In this document: piece by piece, positions 17,647 through 26,769 of the stretch
Layout of the letters: each line of letters starts with the position of its first letter
How positions within the stretch are numbered: the stretch's first letter is position 1
IMG/VR virus record: IMGVR_UViG_3300042542_005279
Coordinates: 1-64,000 of that record
DNA: 64,000 bases
From: a virus
Strand: one strand, 5' to 3'
The notes under the pieces: model-generated
Databases searched by the model: none
What the model saw: the letters and a program-made list of their open reading frames with translations, nothing else
What the model was told of the DNA's origin: nothing
Program-made: the position numbers and the translations under genes

Positions 17647-19089
17647 ATGAGTAGTAGTCATTGTAGTAGTTCAATAACAAATTGGTCCTTAGTAAATGAT
17701 GGTTCTGGTGATTATACAGGGACCTCAGCATCAACAACATTTATATGTTTCAATTCCGCTTCAGTATTTTACACTTATTCACCGAAATTTGGTTATTTTA
17801 ATCCCAATACGGATTATATATTTGAAATATCTCCCGTGTTAAGTGGTGAAATAAGTGAAATTGCTAACACAACTGATAAGGTTTGGATTTATACAGGCGG
17901 TACTAACTTAGTTGAATTTAATTTAGAAATGTCTCCTATTTTATTTAACGGACTTGGTGCAGATTTTCCCGCTACAACTTTTAATAGACTTTTAACATCA
18001 AGTGGTGTTACGGCATTTGAAGGTTTAGGTGCGTTGGATAATACTAGATTGGTCGGTGGTTCGGGTTCAACAATTTACTTACATACTATCATAGGTTCAG
18101 GTTTTACAAGTGAATTATTATTTACATTACCTGAATCAAGAATAATAAATGACATATCATACAATTCACTTAAAAACACATTTGTTGTGGCTTGTATGAA
18201 AGCCGATAAAACTTTAAATTACATATCTGAATTCACAACCGGTGGAACATTAGTTAATGATTTTTCTTTTAATAACACGACTTATACAGAAATATTAAGC
18301 ACTGTTGAATATTCGGGTAAAACCTATTTTATGGGTTGGGATAATTCTGTTTCGACTACATATGAAGTTGAAGTTGATATTTTTAACACGGGTTTTACAA
18401 CAGGATATGACTTCGGTAATCCTTCTATTTCTGGGTTTAGTCAATCACCAGGCTCTATTACATCATTTTTTAATTATTCTGCGGCTAGTTATTGTTTATC
18501 AACAAATTATATAACAACATCACAATATGACGGGAATTACACAAGTGGTGGAACATTTAATGGACAAACTGTTTATGCGGGAAATAATGGTGGTGTAATT
18601 TATTATAATTCAGCATCAACACAGTGGTGTTTAGCATCTTACGTTGGAGGACCTTGTATTTTGTTTGGTGGTAATAGATGTTCAAGTACAACTCCTAACT
18701 TGGCAAATGAATTTTTTGCAACCGATATCTGCCCAACACCAACACCATCACCCACTAACGATTGTAGTGTATTGGATTTAGCTGCTTATTTTGATTGTGA
18801 TATTGCACCTCCAACACCTTCTGTGACACCTACTCAAACTGTTACACCATCCACAGGTTTTGTTTATCCAACACCTACTCCAACAATGACGATGAGTCCA
18901 ACTCCATCAGGTAATGTTTGTGCGAATGTTAATTTCTGTTTTGGTGTTCAAAATGTCGCCCCTTCACCATCACCAACACCTACGATGACACCAAGTAGTG
19001 CTGCGGGAAGAAACACTGACAGAAGTGGTGTTGTTATTTTTACAACAATAAATGGTGAGGTAATTTGCCCACCAGCACAAATAAGATAA
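17647..19089 (+). CDS. Beta-rich, Cys-rich virion/fibre accessory protein with Pro/Thr linkers
   Basis: Propeller-like N-terminal half; CPTPTPSPT, PTPTPTMTMSPTPS and PSPSPTPTMTPS linkers. Confidence 0.65.
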   Translation: MSSSHCSSSITNWSLVNDGSGDYTGTSASTTFICFNSASVFYTYSPKFGYFNPNTDYIFEISPVLSGEISEIANTTDKVWIYTGGTNLVEFNLEMSPILFNGLGADFPATTFNRLLTSSGVTAFEGLGALDNTRLVGGSGSTIYLHTIIGSGFTSELLFTLPESRIINDISYNSLKNTFVVACMKADKTLNYISEFTTGGTLVNDFSFNNTTYTEILSTVEYSGKTYFMGWDNSVSTTYEVEVDIFNTGFTTGYDFGNPSISGFSQSPGSITSFFNYSAASYCLSTNYITTSQYDGNYTSGGTFNGQTVYAGNNGGVIYYNSASTQWCLASYVGGPCILFGGNRCSSTTPNLANEFFATDICPTPTPSPTNDCSVLDLAAYFDCDIAPPTPSVTPTQTVTPSTGFVYPTPTPTMTMSPTPSGNVCANVNFCFGVQNVAPSPSPTPTMTPSSAAGRNTDRSGVVIFTTINGEVICPPAQIR

Positions 19090-19092
19090 AGA

Positions 19093-19698
19093 TTATTTCC
19101 AAAGATTTTCTTGTCTCATATAACCTAAACAACAGGTATATGCATCTGACATATCAAAGTTCTCTTTTTTCAGAGTTTGATTTTTGGTATATTGCCACTT
19201 AATTTGTGGTTCCCTTTTTGCCACCAAATCCCAAATAATCATTTTTTTATCAATATCTTTTGGTAAACCACCAAACAATACAAATTTTTTCTTGTCGTTT
19301 TCTTTTACTAACTCAGGAAATGCAAATTTTCTTGAATTATAAGTTGATATGTATTCAGGAACAACTCCTAATACATCATAAATTTCTTTTGAAATAAGTG
19401 TGTTGAATCTTAATAATGTTTGAATGGTATACACATTATTTGAATTAAGTAATGGTTCTTCAATGATTACTTTTGTAATACCCAAATTTTTGTATTCATT
19501 AAGTTTCTGTTTGAAAACTTCCGCTTTCAAAAATAATTCTTTGATTTTGTTTTCCTCTTTTGGTTTTGGTACGGGTGAGATGTGAGTTAACTCTAATAAC
19601 TCCTCTGTAATCATATCAAATAATGCCCATCCGATTGTTTTTGTACTTACATCTAAACCCAATACTTTTGGGTTGTTCTTAATCTGTTGTTTCGCCAT
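19093..19698 (-). CDS. ruvC: RuvC-like Holliday junction resolvase
   Basis: VLGLDVSTKTIGWA, IIEEP, DMSDA. Confidence 0.85.
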   Translation of the reverse strand: MAKQQIKNNPKVLGLDVSTKTIGWALFDMITEELLELTHISPVPKPKEENKIKELFLKAEVFKQKLNEYKNLGITKVIIEEPLLNSNNVYTIQTLLRFNTLISKEIYDVLGVVPEYISTYNSRKFAFPELVKENDKKKFVLFGGLPKDIDKKMIIWDLVAKREPQIKWQYTKNQTLKKENFDMSDAYTCCLGYMRQENLWK

Positions 19699-19743
19699 AT
19701 ACCTTATATGGTATTAAAAACAACAAATTAGTAAATAATTAAC

Positions 19744-21999
19744 TTAAAAATCAAATTTGATAAGGAATTGTTGGATACTTTGTCTAAGTACAGGTGATTG
19801 TAATTTTGATATTGCCATCAAGTTTCTATTTTCATCAAGTAATCCCACTTCAGTTATATAAGATGCGGTTCCTGCTGACCAAGTTGGGTTTGATGTGTAA
19901 GTAAATTCATTAGCAGATAGATTACATAACCATCTCATTTCATAAATCGTTGCCTGTATTTCAGTTTCTATATTACCGTAAAAGAAGTATTCATCTCCAA
20001 AGTTTAATGTTTGACCTGTTTGACCTACCGTAGTTAAATCAATGTAATTTCCTAAGTCATATGAAGACCCAGCATTGTAAAGTGCGTTTGTTATAACAAA
20101 TGTAGTTGCCGATAAATTCGACTGACTAATTGCTGAGGATGGTAGTTGAGATGTTACATCAATAATCTTCCATCCGTTGGGGTCAGGTTTTGTATCTCCA
20201 CTTACTTTCTGACATATAATTTCAAATTTAGTGTAGTCATTTAATCCCGCAACACAACCGAACTCATTTCCGAATGTTACAGAAAAGTTTTGTGATACCG
20301 CATTACAACTTGGGTTTGGCCCTTGTAGTTTTTGATAATAATTACAATGGAGTGAATTAGTAAATGCAAGATTTTTTGTAAATCTATATGTGATGTACAT
20401 ATATTGGTTACTATCGGTCAAAACTCCTGTCTCAGAACCATCAGGTGTTATAGTTGCAACTCTTGGTGCGGGTAAAGTCCAGTTTCGGTTTGATTTGTAA
20501 GACATTGCTGCAATTATTTCATCATCATCAATAATGATTGTATGTAAATCAGGAAAAACTTTACCTATTCTACTTGGATATCCATTAGATGTTGCATATG
20601 TGTCCCACAAGTGATAATATCTATGACCAGGTATATTCATGTCATTATTTAAGTTTGAAGTCAAATAATGTTCTTCAAATAGACCTAACTCGTCAAATCC
20701 TTCAGGGTCAACATAAAAAGTTTGGCCTGAGCAACATGTACCACTTGATTTATGCCATTGTAAAGTTGGCATGTGTAATCTGAAATTTCTAGCCATACCA
20801 ACTGTGTTGGTTACATTATCGGGGTCATATGGTTGTAATGCGAATTTCTCACCATAAACAAAATCAATCGTATTATTTGTATAATGAATTATTGCAATCG
20901 CTTTTTGGTCTTTACCTGACACTGTAATTTGGTCTCCTAATGAGTTGTAATAATAAACAGAACTACTATCAGTTTGACCTGTACTATTACTGTATCCAAA
21001 ATATTCTTTACTTCCTAAATAATTTATAGAACCAAAATTAGAATAATCTTGATAAACTGAACCATTAATACCTGCAGGACTCTCACTCCAAGGTATGTTC
21101 ATATTCCAAATATTTACATTAAATAAATCCACATCACATACTGATTGGAAATTTAAAACATCTTGGTTCCAATGTGGTTCAGGAGTTTCACTATCATAAA
21201 AGTTGGTCATTCCTGATGGATAAACCATAACTCTAATATCACCTGTCGTACCAATGTGAACGTAATCAACAACATCTCTATCTAATGTTACCACATTCCC
21301 TACCACATTTACAACTCTATAAGTCAATACAGGATTACAACTTTGAAATGATAACAAACAATTTCTATCCGTTGGTGGTAATGGAGGGCATGGGTCAAAT
21401 GGTGAATATGGCGATGTACAAGTTCCTGATGCTGGTGTATATGTACAATTACAAGAAGTATCTGTTTGGTAATATATTGTAACAAAATCTCCAGCAGAAA
21501 AAGTTAAAGTGGTTGCAGTATTACATGTATTTTCAGTTACAGTTATGGTATTCTGATTGAAATTAAGTGTACTTATATCAACCGTATAATTTGGCGTTTT
21601 AACATATTCAGACCCAGTTCTAACATACCAATTTGTTGGTAATGTTGAGGTATCGGCACTAAAAAATCCCCTCATTGGCGCTACGTTATATACATCAGAA
21701 ACAACTGAGTCCATAAATGGTATCCCATATGTTGAACCTTGGTTACCATCTACATAATATGGATATTTGATATTTTGTACGTTTGCTGAAGGTACGGGAG
21801 CACTATTTGCAGAATTAAAGGATGGTTCTAAAATTACAGTATTTGTTTGGTCAAAATTAGTTATTACATTGTAAGAAACCTCACTATCACCAATTTGGAA
21901 ATATTTTATATTGAAATTACCTTGAGACATTTTTTCTCGTCCCGTATCTGTAATTCTTGTGTTAATTAATCCTGAGGTATTTTTTAATATATAAGCCAT
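19744..21999 (-). CDS. Baseplate/tail-fibre attachment protein
   Basis: N-terminal ITDTGREKMSQGNFNIKYFQIGDSEVSY; C-terminal YITEVGLLDENRNLMAISKL (tail-collar/DUF3751-like). Confidence 0.65.
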   Translation of the reverse strand: MAYILKNTSGLINTRITDTGREKMSQGNFNIKYFQIGDSEVSYNVITNFDQTNTVILEPSFNSANSAPVPSANVQNIKYPYYVDGNQGSTYGIPFMDSVVSDVYNVAPMRGFFSADTSTLPTNWYVRTGSEYVKTPNYTVDISTLNFNQNTITVTENTCNTATTLTFSAGDFVTIYYQTDTSCNCTYTPASGTCTSPYSPFDPCPPLPPTDRNCLLSFQSCNPVLTYRVVNVVGNVVTLDRDVVDYVHIGTTGDIRVMVYPSGMTNFYDSETPEPHWNQDVLNFQSVCDVDLFNVNIWNMNIPWSESPAGINGSVYQDYSNFGSINYLGSKEYFGYSNSTGQTDSSSVYYYNSLGDQITVSGKDQKAIAIIHYTNNTIDFVYGEKFALQPYDPDNVTNTVGMARNFRLHMPTLQWHKSSGTCCSGQTFYVDPEGFDELGLFEEHYLTSNLNNDMNIPGHRYYHLWDTYATSNGYPSRIGKVFPDLHTIIIDDDEIIAAMSYKSNRNWTLPAPRVATITPDGSETGVLTDSNQYMYITYRFTKNLAFTNSLHCNYYQKLQGPNPSCNAVSQNFSVTFGNEFGCVAGLNDYTKFEIICQKVSGDTKPDPNGWKIIDVTSQLPSSAISQSNLSATTFVITNALYNAGSSYDLGNYIDLTTVGQTGQTLNFGDEYFFYGNIETEIQATIYEMRWLCNLSANEFTYTSNPTWSAGTASYITEVGLLDENRNLMAISKLQSPVLRQSIQQFLIKFDF

Positions 22000-22020
22000 C
22001 CTATATAAATATTATAATTT

Positions 22021-23652
22021 TTATTTTGCCGCGTTTGTTGTCATAACCACAGAGTCCACACTTTGAGAGCTTACGTTACAACAAGTACATCCGTTTATTG
22101 CTTTATTTATTAACGATACAGTATCTGTTGATTTCAAAATACAAACGTTTCCAGATATAATTTTAGCAACCTGTCTTTGTACTGTTCCTGAAATAACATC
22201 AGAACCTGAAATTGTTAGTCCTTGATATATTCTTGTTGTTCCTGTATTAAACTGTGTTGGTTGACTCGGACATGTTGAGTTTACTGCGGTTGTACTATTA
22301 GAAGTTTGTACAGTTGGTGTAATTGACTGTGTGACGTTATTTTTCTTAACACTTATAACACCGTTAACGCTTCCACCGTTTTGTACAGTAGAACTATAAA
22401 TTGTATTAACTTGTATGTCGAATGATATTTGAGTACCGCTTGGAAGTGTAGTTACTTGGTTACCATTATTATCGTAAACTTTAACAGTATAATTTAATAA
22501 AGAGTTCCCTGAACCTTGTGGTACAATACTTGAATTTATCTCCAAAACATAAGTGTTCAAGGTTGTAGGTTGTGGAATTATTGCCGTTTGTGTTAATGTC
22601 ACACTATTAGAATCTTGAACCCAAATTTGATATGTACCAGGTGGTTTGTTTGAGAATAATGGATTTGTTTGAGTTTGTGCCCCACCATTTAATGAATATA
22701 ATATAGGAGGTGTTCCATTTACAGTATTAACATATATAGAACCTGTGTTTGGTTGATTTTCACAAACAGGTGTCTGAATAGTAGGACTATTCAAAGTCAT
22801 CAAAGGGTTTCCGCAAGCACCATTTGTCATAAAAGCAGTGTTTGAAGAACCGTATAGTTGAAAAGCACCTGTAGGAATTAATATGTTTGAACTATTAGTC
22901 AGAACTGATGATGTTGTACTTCCTGCAACAGGCATAACCACTCTCCATTGGTTTGGGTTTGTATTCCAAGAAAGAACATATGGACCATAAATCCAAGTTG
23001 ACCTACCATTTATTATTGTTGCTGATGGTGAGAACTGATATTGATAATAATTACGACCTGAATTTACTTGTAAACATAAAGTCGTGTTATTACTTGGAAA
23101 AGGAGTAGGTGTTGGGGTAGGAGTAGGTGATGGGGTTGGAGTTGGTAAAGCTAATGAACAAGTTGTTACCGCAGTATAATCAGGACCGCCACCGGGCCAA
23201 CTATAATCAGTTACGGTTATTTCATAGGTTTGACCTGGAACCGCATTTGATAATGTAGGGCCAATTAAACCATTTGACCACTTAATTGTGTAAGGGGGAG
23301 TTCCACCCGTTACAATCATCGTAATTGTATTAGCACTTAAATTAGGTGAACATTCAACTCCCATAGGGGCTATCGTAATAACATCACACTCGCTTGTTGC
23401 GGTAATTCTAGTACATGGATATGTTGCCGTACAATTTGTACATGACGACTGACTTGTTAATGTTGAACCTGCTTGTGGATATGTTGGTGATGCAGGTAAA
23501 AGTTGACCTATTGGAATTACGGTAGAACATCCCGAAAAATATCCGGGTATCTGAACATAATAAACATCACCCAAAGTTAAGGACGAAACCAAACCAGTTA
23601 ATGTATATGTTACGTTATTATCGCAACAGGATTTTAGATATGAATTAGCCAT
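22021..23652 (-). CDS. Cys-rich fibre/adhesin-like protein with SprB-like repeats and a PT linker
   Basis: VTGGTPPYTIKWSNG...YEITVTD; NGTPPILYSLNG...PGTYQIWVQD; PTPTPSPTPTPTPTP. Confidence 0.65.
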   Translation of the reverse strand: MANSYLKSCCDNNVTYTLTGLVSSLTLGDVYYVQIPGYFSGCSTVIPIGQLLPASPTYPQAGSTLTSQSSCTNCTATYPCTRITATSECDVITIAPMGVECSPNLSANTITMIVTGGTPPYTIKWSNGLIGPTLSNAVPGQTYEITVTDYSWPGGGPDYTAVTTCSLALPTPTPSPTPTPTPTPFPSNNTTLCLQVNSGRNYYQYQFSPSATIINGRSTWIYGPYVLSWNTNPNQWRVVMPVAGSTTSSVLTNSSNILIPTGAFQLYGSSNTAFMTNGACGNPLMTLNSPTIQTPVCENQPNTGSIYVNTVNGTPPILYSLNGGAQTQTNPLFSNKPPGTYQIWVQDSNSVTLTQTAIIPQPTTLNTYVLEINSSIVPQGSGNSLLNYTVKVYDNNGNQVTTLPSGTQISFDIQVNTIYSSTVQNGGSVNGVISVKKNNVTQSITPTVQTSNSTTAVNSTCPSQPTQFNTGTTRIYQGLTISGSDVISGTVQRQVAKIISGNVCILKSTDTVSLINKAINGCTCCNVSSQSVDSVVMTTNAAK

Positions 23653-23724
23653 TAATTAAACTTTTACCAAAAAAATAAATTTAAGTTGTCAGTTATAAAT
23701 ACTAACAATGACAATTTATAGAAA

Positions 23725-24465
23725 CTAACATGGATTTATTTCGGTACATTCATCACAACTTTCCATAACAGGAAAAGGAAAGACACTAGATATGTTAGTG
23801 TTAACTGAACTATTCCAATCAGATTGTACATATGTTTGGTCAGGGGTTTCGTAATTACTAATTACAATAGTACATCCTGTATAACCTGTACCAGTTCCCG
23901 AACCCGAAGTTGGTATGTTCACATACCAAGAAATGTTTGGGTCAAAAGTTGATTGAAATGTTGAATCGAATGTAAAAGTGTAATCTGAGCAACAAGCACT
24001 AAAATAACTTGGTGCATCCACATCATAACACTCTTGACATGTATTATAAGGTACGCTACTTACTGTTAGTGTTTCACCAACTTCATTTGTAAATTGATAT
24101 CCTGAAAAATACCAACACTCAGAGTATTCACTTAATGTGACTGTTTTACCAAATTCTAAAAATGGGTCAACATTAGTATATTTACATTCAGATAAGTTAC
24201 TACATTTACAAAATGTGTATAATACATTACCGAAGTATGAACAAACTACGGGTATTTCTTTTACACAAGGAACATTTGTTTCTATTATCTTTAAAGAAAC
24301 CGCAGGAGCTCCACTAAAAAAATCAGGTAAAGGAAAAACTTCAATAGGTGGTACCGTTGATGTTATTGTTTGAATAAATTGACAATTATTACCTAAGAAA
24401 TCACAAACATATATTTGATATGGGGGTGTTAAACCTGAAATTGATGAAATAATTATATTTTTCAT
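23725..24465 (-). CDS. Cys-rich modular virion protein
   Basis: N-terminal PPYQIYVCD domain plus two CxC/CC...CxxC modules. Confidence 0.65.
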   Translation of the reverse strand: MKNIIISSISGLTPPYQIYVCDFLGNNCQFIQTITSTVPPIEVFPLPDFFSGAPAVSLKIIETNVPCVKEIPVVCSYFGNVLYTFCKCSNLSECKYTNVDPFLEFGKTVTLSEYSECWYFSGYQFTNEVGETLTVSSVPYNTCQECYDVDAPSYFSACCSDYTFTFDSTFQSTFDPNISWYVNIPTSGSGTGTGYTGCTIVISNYETPDQTYVQSDWNSSVNTNISSVFPFPVMESCDECTEINPC

Positions 24466-24468
24466 AAT

Positions 24469-26766
24469 CTAACAACTTTCACAATCTATGTCATAAACAA
24501 TTTTTAATTGTACAGTGATATTTTGATTTGCTAAACCATTATTTGACTCTTCACATGAGGTATCAACTGTGATTGTATTTTCAGTAGTATTAACTGTTAC
24601 AGTTCCGATACCTGTGGCACCACTTAATAGATTTTTAACCGTATTTGACCACTGTGTTTCGGTAGGAACGTCATTAAGTGTTGTTGCGGTATAAAATGAT
24701 TGACTATAACCCGTTCCTGCAACAGTTGTAACCGCTGAGAAAATTGCGCTATTCATCAAACAATTTGTACACCCACTTGTTAAATCAAGATAACCCTCAA
24801 CTAACATTTTTGACATATCTCGTTCAATTATTTCACCTGTTGATGCAATAACACTATCACACACGTTAAATAATGAAAAATTACTTGCTAAAAATGTACC
24901 CTGTAAAGTTATACTATTAGATAACACGCATCCCGCAAAATCTGTCACGGTTAAAGTGTAAGTACCTGCAGATAAATTAGTTACAGTATTTCCCGTTTGA
25001 CCATTGACATTTGATGACCAAGTTAGTGTGAATGGAGGTAACCCTTGATATATGTTAGCAACAATTTCACCATTCGAACCATTTGTTGAGTCCTGTGGTA
25101 TAAGTGTAAAATTCACATTTTCACTACTATTGATAACAAACGAACTTGTTTCCTCACACAAATTTTTATCTTCAATGGTTGCAAAATAAGTACCTGGTGC
25201 TAAGTTACTAAAAGTATATGAACTAAAAAGTATTTGTGGTGACGCTTGATTATTATTTCCATCGATATCTACAATTGAGAATATGAATGGTCCTGTCCCT
25301 CCTGACGCCTTTGTGATTGTTACAACTCCATTATTATTTCCACATGTTGTACCTGTGGTATCAATTGTAAGACTATATAATGACGTTGTTTCTAAACTAT
25401 ATATATTAGTGTAAGTACAAACACCATCAGTAATTGTAAGTGAATAATTTTGTGAGGATAAATTAGTAAATGTTTGACTTAATCCTCCAACTCTGTTTAA
25501 ACTTGTTCCGTTTGCACCGCTTAAAGTATAAGTATAACTTATACCATTTGTATTACCAATTAAAGTTATATCTAAGATTCCATTCGAATTACCACATGTT
25601 GGTTGTGTTATATTAATAGCACCAATCGCAAAACTATTAGATTGATTTATTTGTACTGAAGTTTGAGTGTTACATAATGCAGCATCTGTAATTATAATCT
25701 GATAATTACCCCCTGGAAGATTAGTGAAAGTATAGGTTTGGGAGTAACTTATATCGGTGAATGAAATTGAGGGTATATTAAATCTATATGGTGGCGTTCC
25801 ATTGATTAAAGTTACCGTTATAGAACCATTACTTTCAAAACAAGTAGGTGGATTAGTTTCGGTTGATGCTATTGATACTGGTAGTTTTTCAGTAATTTCA
25901 GATGTGACAGTTAAAAAACATCCAGCAGCGTCTGTTACGGTTACATCATAAAAACCGGCAGTCAAACCTGTGATAGATGAACCGCTTAAGGATTGATTTG
26001 AGTCCGAGAGGTATTGTATAGTGTTGCCAACCCCATTCCAACGATAATTATATGGTGATGTACCTGTCAACCCTGTAATAAAAATTTTACCAACTCCAGT
26101 ACTTACATTACCGCAATCCGCATCATTTACGATATAAGTACCAAAGTTTAGTTGGGTTGAAGAATTGATAATAACATTTTCGCTTCTTCCAGTACACCCA
26201 CCACCATCATTAGCAATGATATAATAAACACCGCTCGGTAAATTTTGGAATGTGTAAGAGTTTGAACCAATATTAACAAAATCTATTAAATCAGGATTTG
26301 CATTCTCAATGTTTGGTTGTTCTAATGGTGGTAAAGTCGTGTTGTTTTGTAAATATAAATAAAAATCAACGTTACCATTACTATTTTGTATGGTAGCGGT
26401 CAAAGACCCGTCATTATTTCCGCAGGTAGTATTGATTACATCTGAAATATTTACACATGAAGTTCCTGACGATACTGTAATACTTACTGTCTGTCGATTG
26501 TTTTGAGTTGTGGCGGTCGGTGAACCACAACTATCATTAACAACAAAAACATATGTTCCCGCCGGTACGTTGAAATAATCTCTCGAACCATTTAAAACTC
26601 CTGTTTCAGGGTTTTCTCCTCCATAAGGAGGCCAAGGATTTGGTGAAATCCAAGTAATACTCATTGGTTCTGATGTGGATGACAAATATAATGTAAATCC
26701 ACCTGAACCATTATTTTCGCAATCACCTATAACTGAAAACTGACTAAAATCGTATGAACAAGGCAT
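24469..26766 (-). CDS. SprB-repeat protein (about 7 repeats), putative tail fibre/adhesin
   Basis: Repeated TCGNxNG...GTxPYxY...FTNLxxGxYxxTxTDxxxC, e.g. GTSPYNYRW...ITGLTAGFYDVTVTDAAGC and VTNLSAGTYTLTVTDFAGC. Confidence 0.75.
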   Translation of the reverse strand: MPCSYDFSQFSVIGDCENNGSGGFTLYLSSTSEPMSITWISPNPWPPYGGENPETGVLNGSRDYFNVPAGTYVFVVNDSCGSPTATTQNNRQTVSITVSSGTSCVNISDVINTTCGNNDGSLTATIQNSNGNVDFYLYLQNNTTLPPLEQPNIENANPDLIDFVNIGSNSYTFQNLPSGVYYIIANDGGGCTGRSENVIINSSTQLNFGTYIVNDADCGNVSTGVGKIFITGLTGTSPYNYRWNGVGNTIQYLSDSNQSLSGSSITGLTAGFYDVTVTDAAGCFLTVTSEITEKLPVSIASTETNPPTCFESNGSITVTLINGTPPYRFNIPSISFTDISYSQTYTFTNLPGGNYQIIITDAALCNTQTSVQINQSNSFAIGAINITQPTCGNSNGILDITLIGNTNGISYTYTLSGANGTSLNRVGGLSQTFTNLSSQNYSLTITDGVCTYTNIYSLETTSLYSLTIDTTGTTCGNNNGVVTITKASGGTGPFIFSIVDIDGNNNQASPQILFSSYTFSNLAPGTYFATIEDKNLCEETSSFVINSSENVNFTLIPQDSTNGSNGEIVANIYQGLPPFTLTWSSNVNGQTGNTVTNLSAGTYTLTVTDFAGCVLSNSITLQGTFLASNFSLFNVCDSVIASTGEIIERDMSKMLVEGYLDLTSGCTNCLMNSAIFSAVTTVAGTGYSQSFYTATTLNDVPTETQWSNTVKNLLSGATGIGTVTVNTTENTITVDTSCEESNNGLANQNITVQLKIVYDIDCESC

Positions 26767-26769
26767 TTA

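Noticed and set aside
18730-19000. CCAACA-type DNA repeats (also 23100-23150) as VNTR or DGR repeats
   Set aside because: Degenerate codons for Pro/Thr linkers; no template/variable repeat pair and no reverse transcriptase
17340-19100. Recombinase-driven invertible fibre switch
   Set aside because: No flanking inverted repeats seen and no invertase in the window
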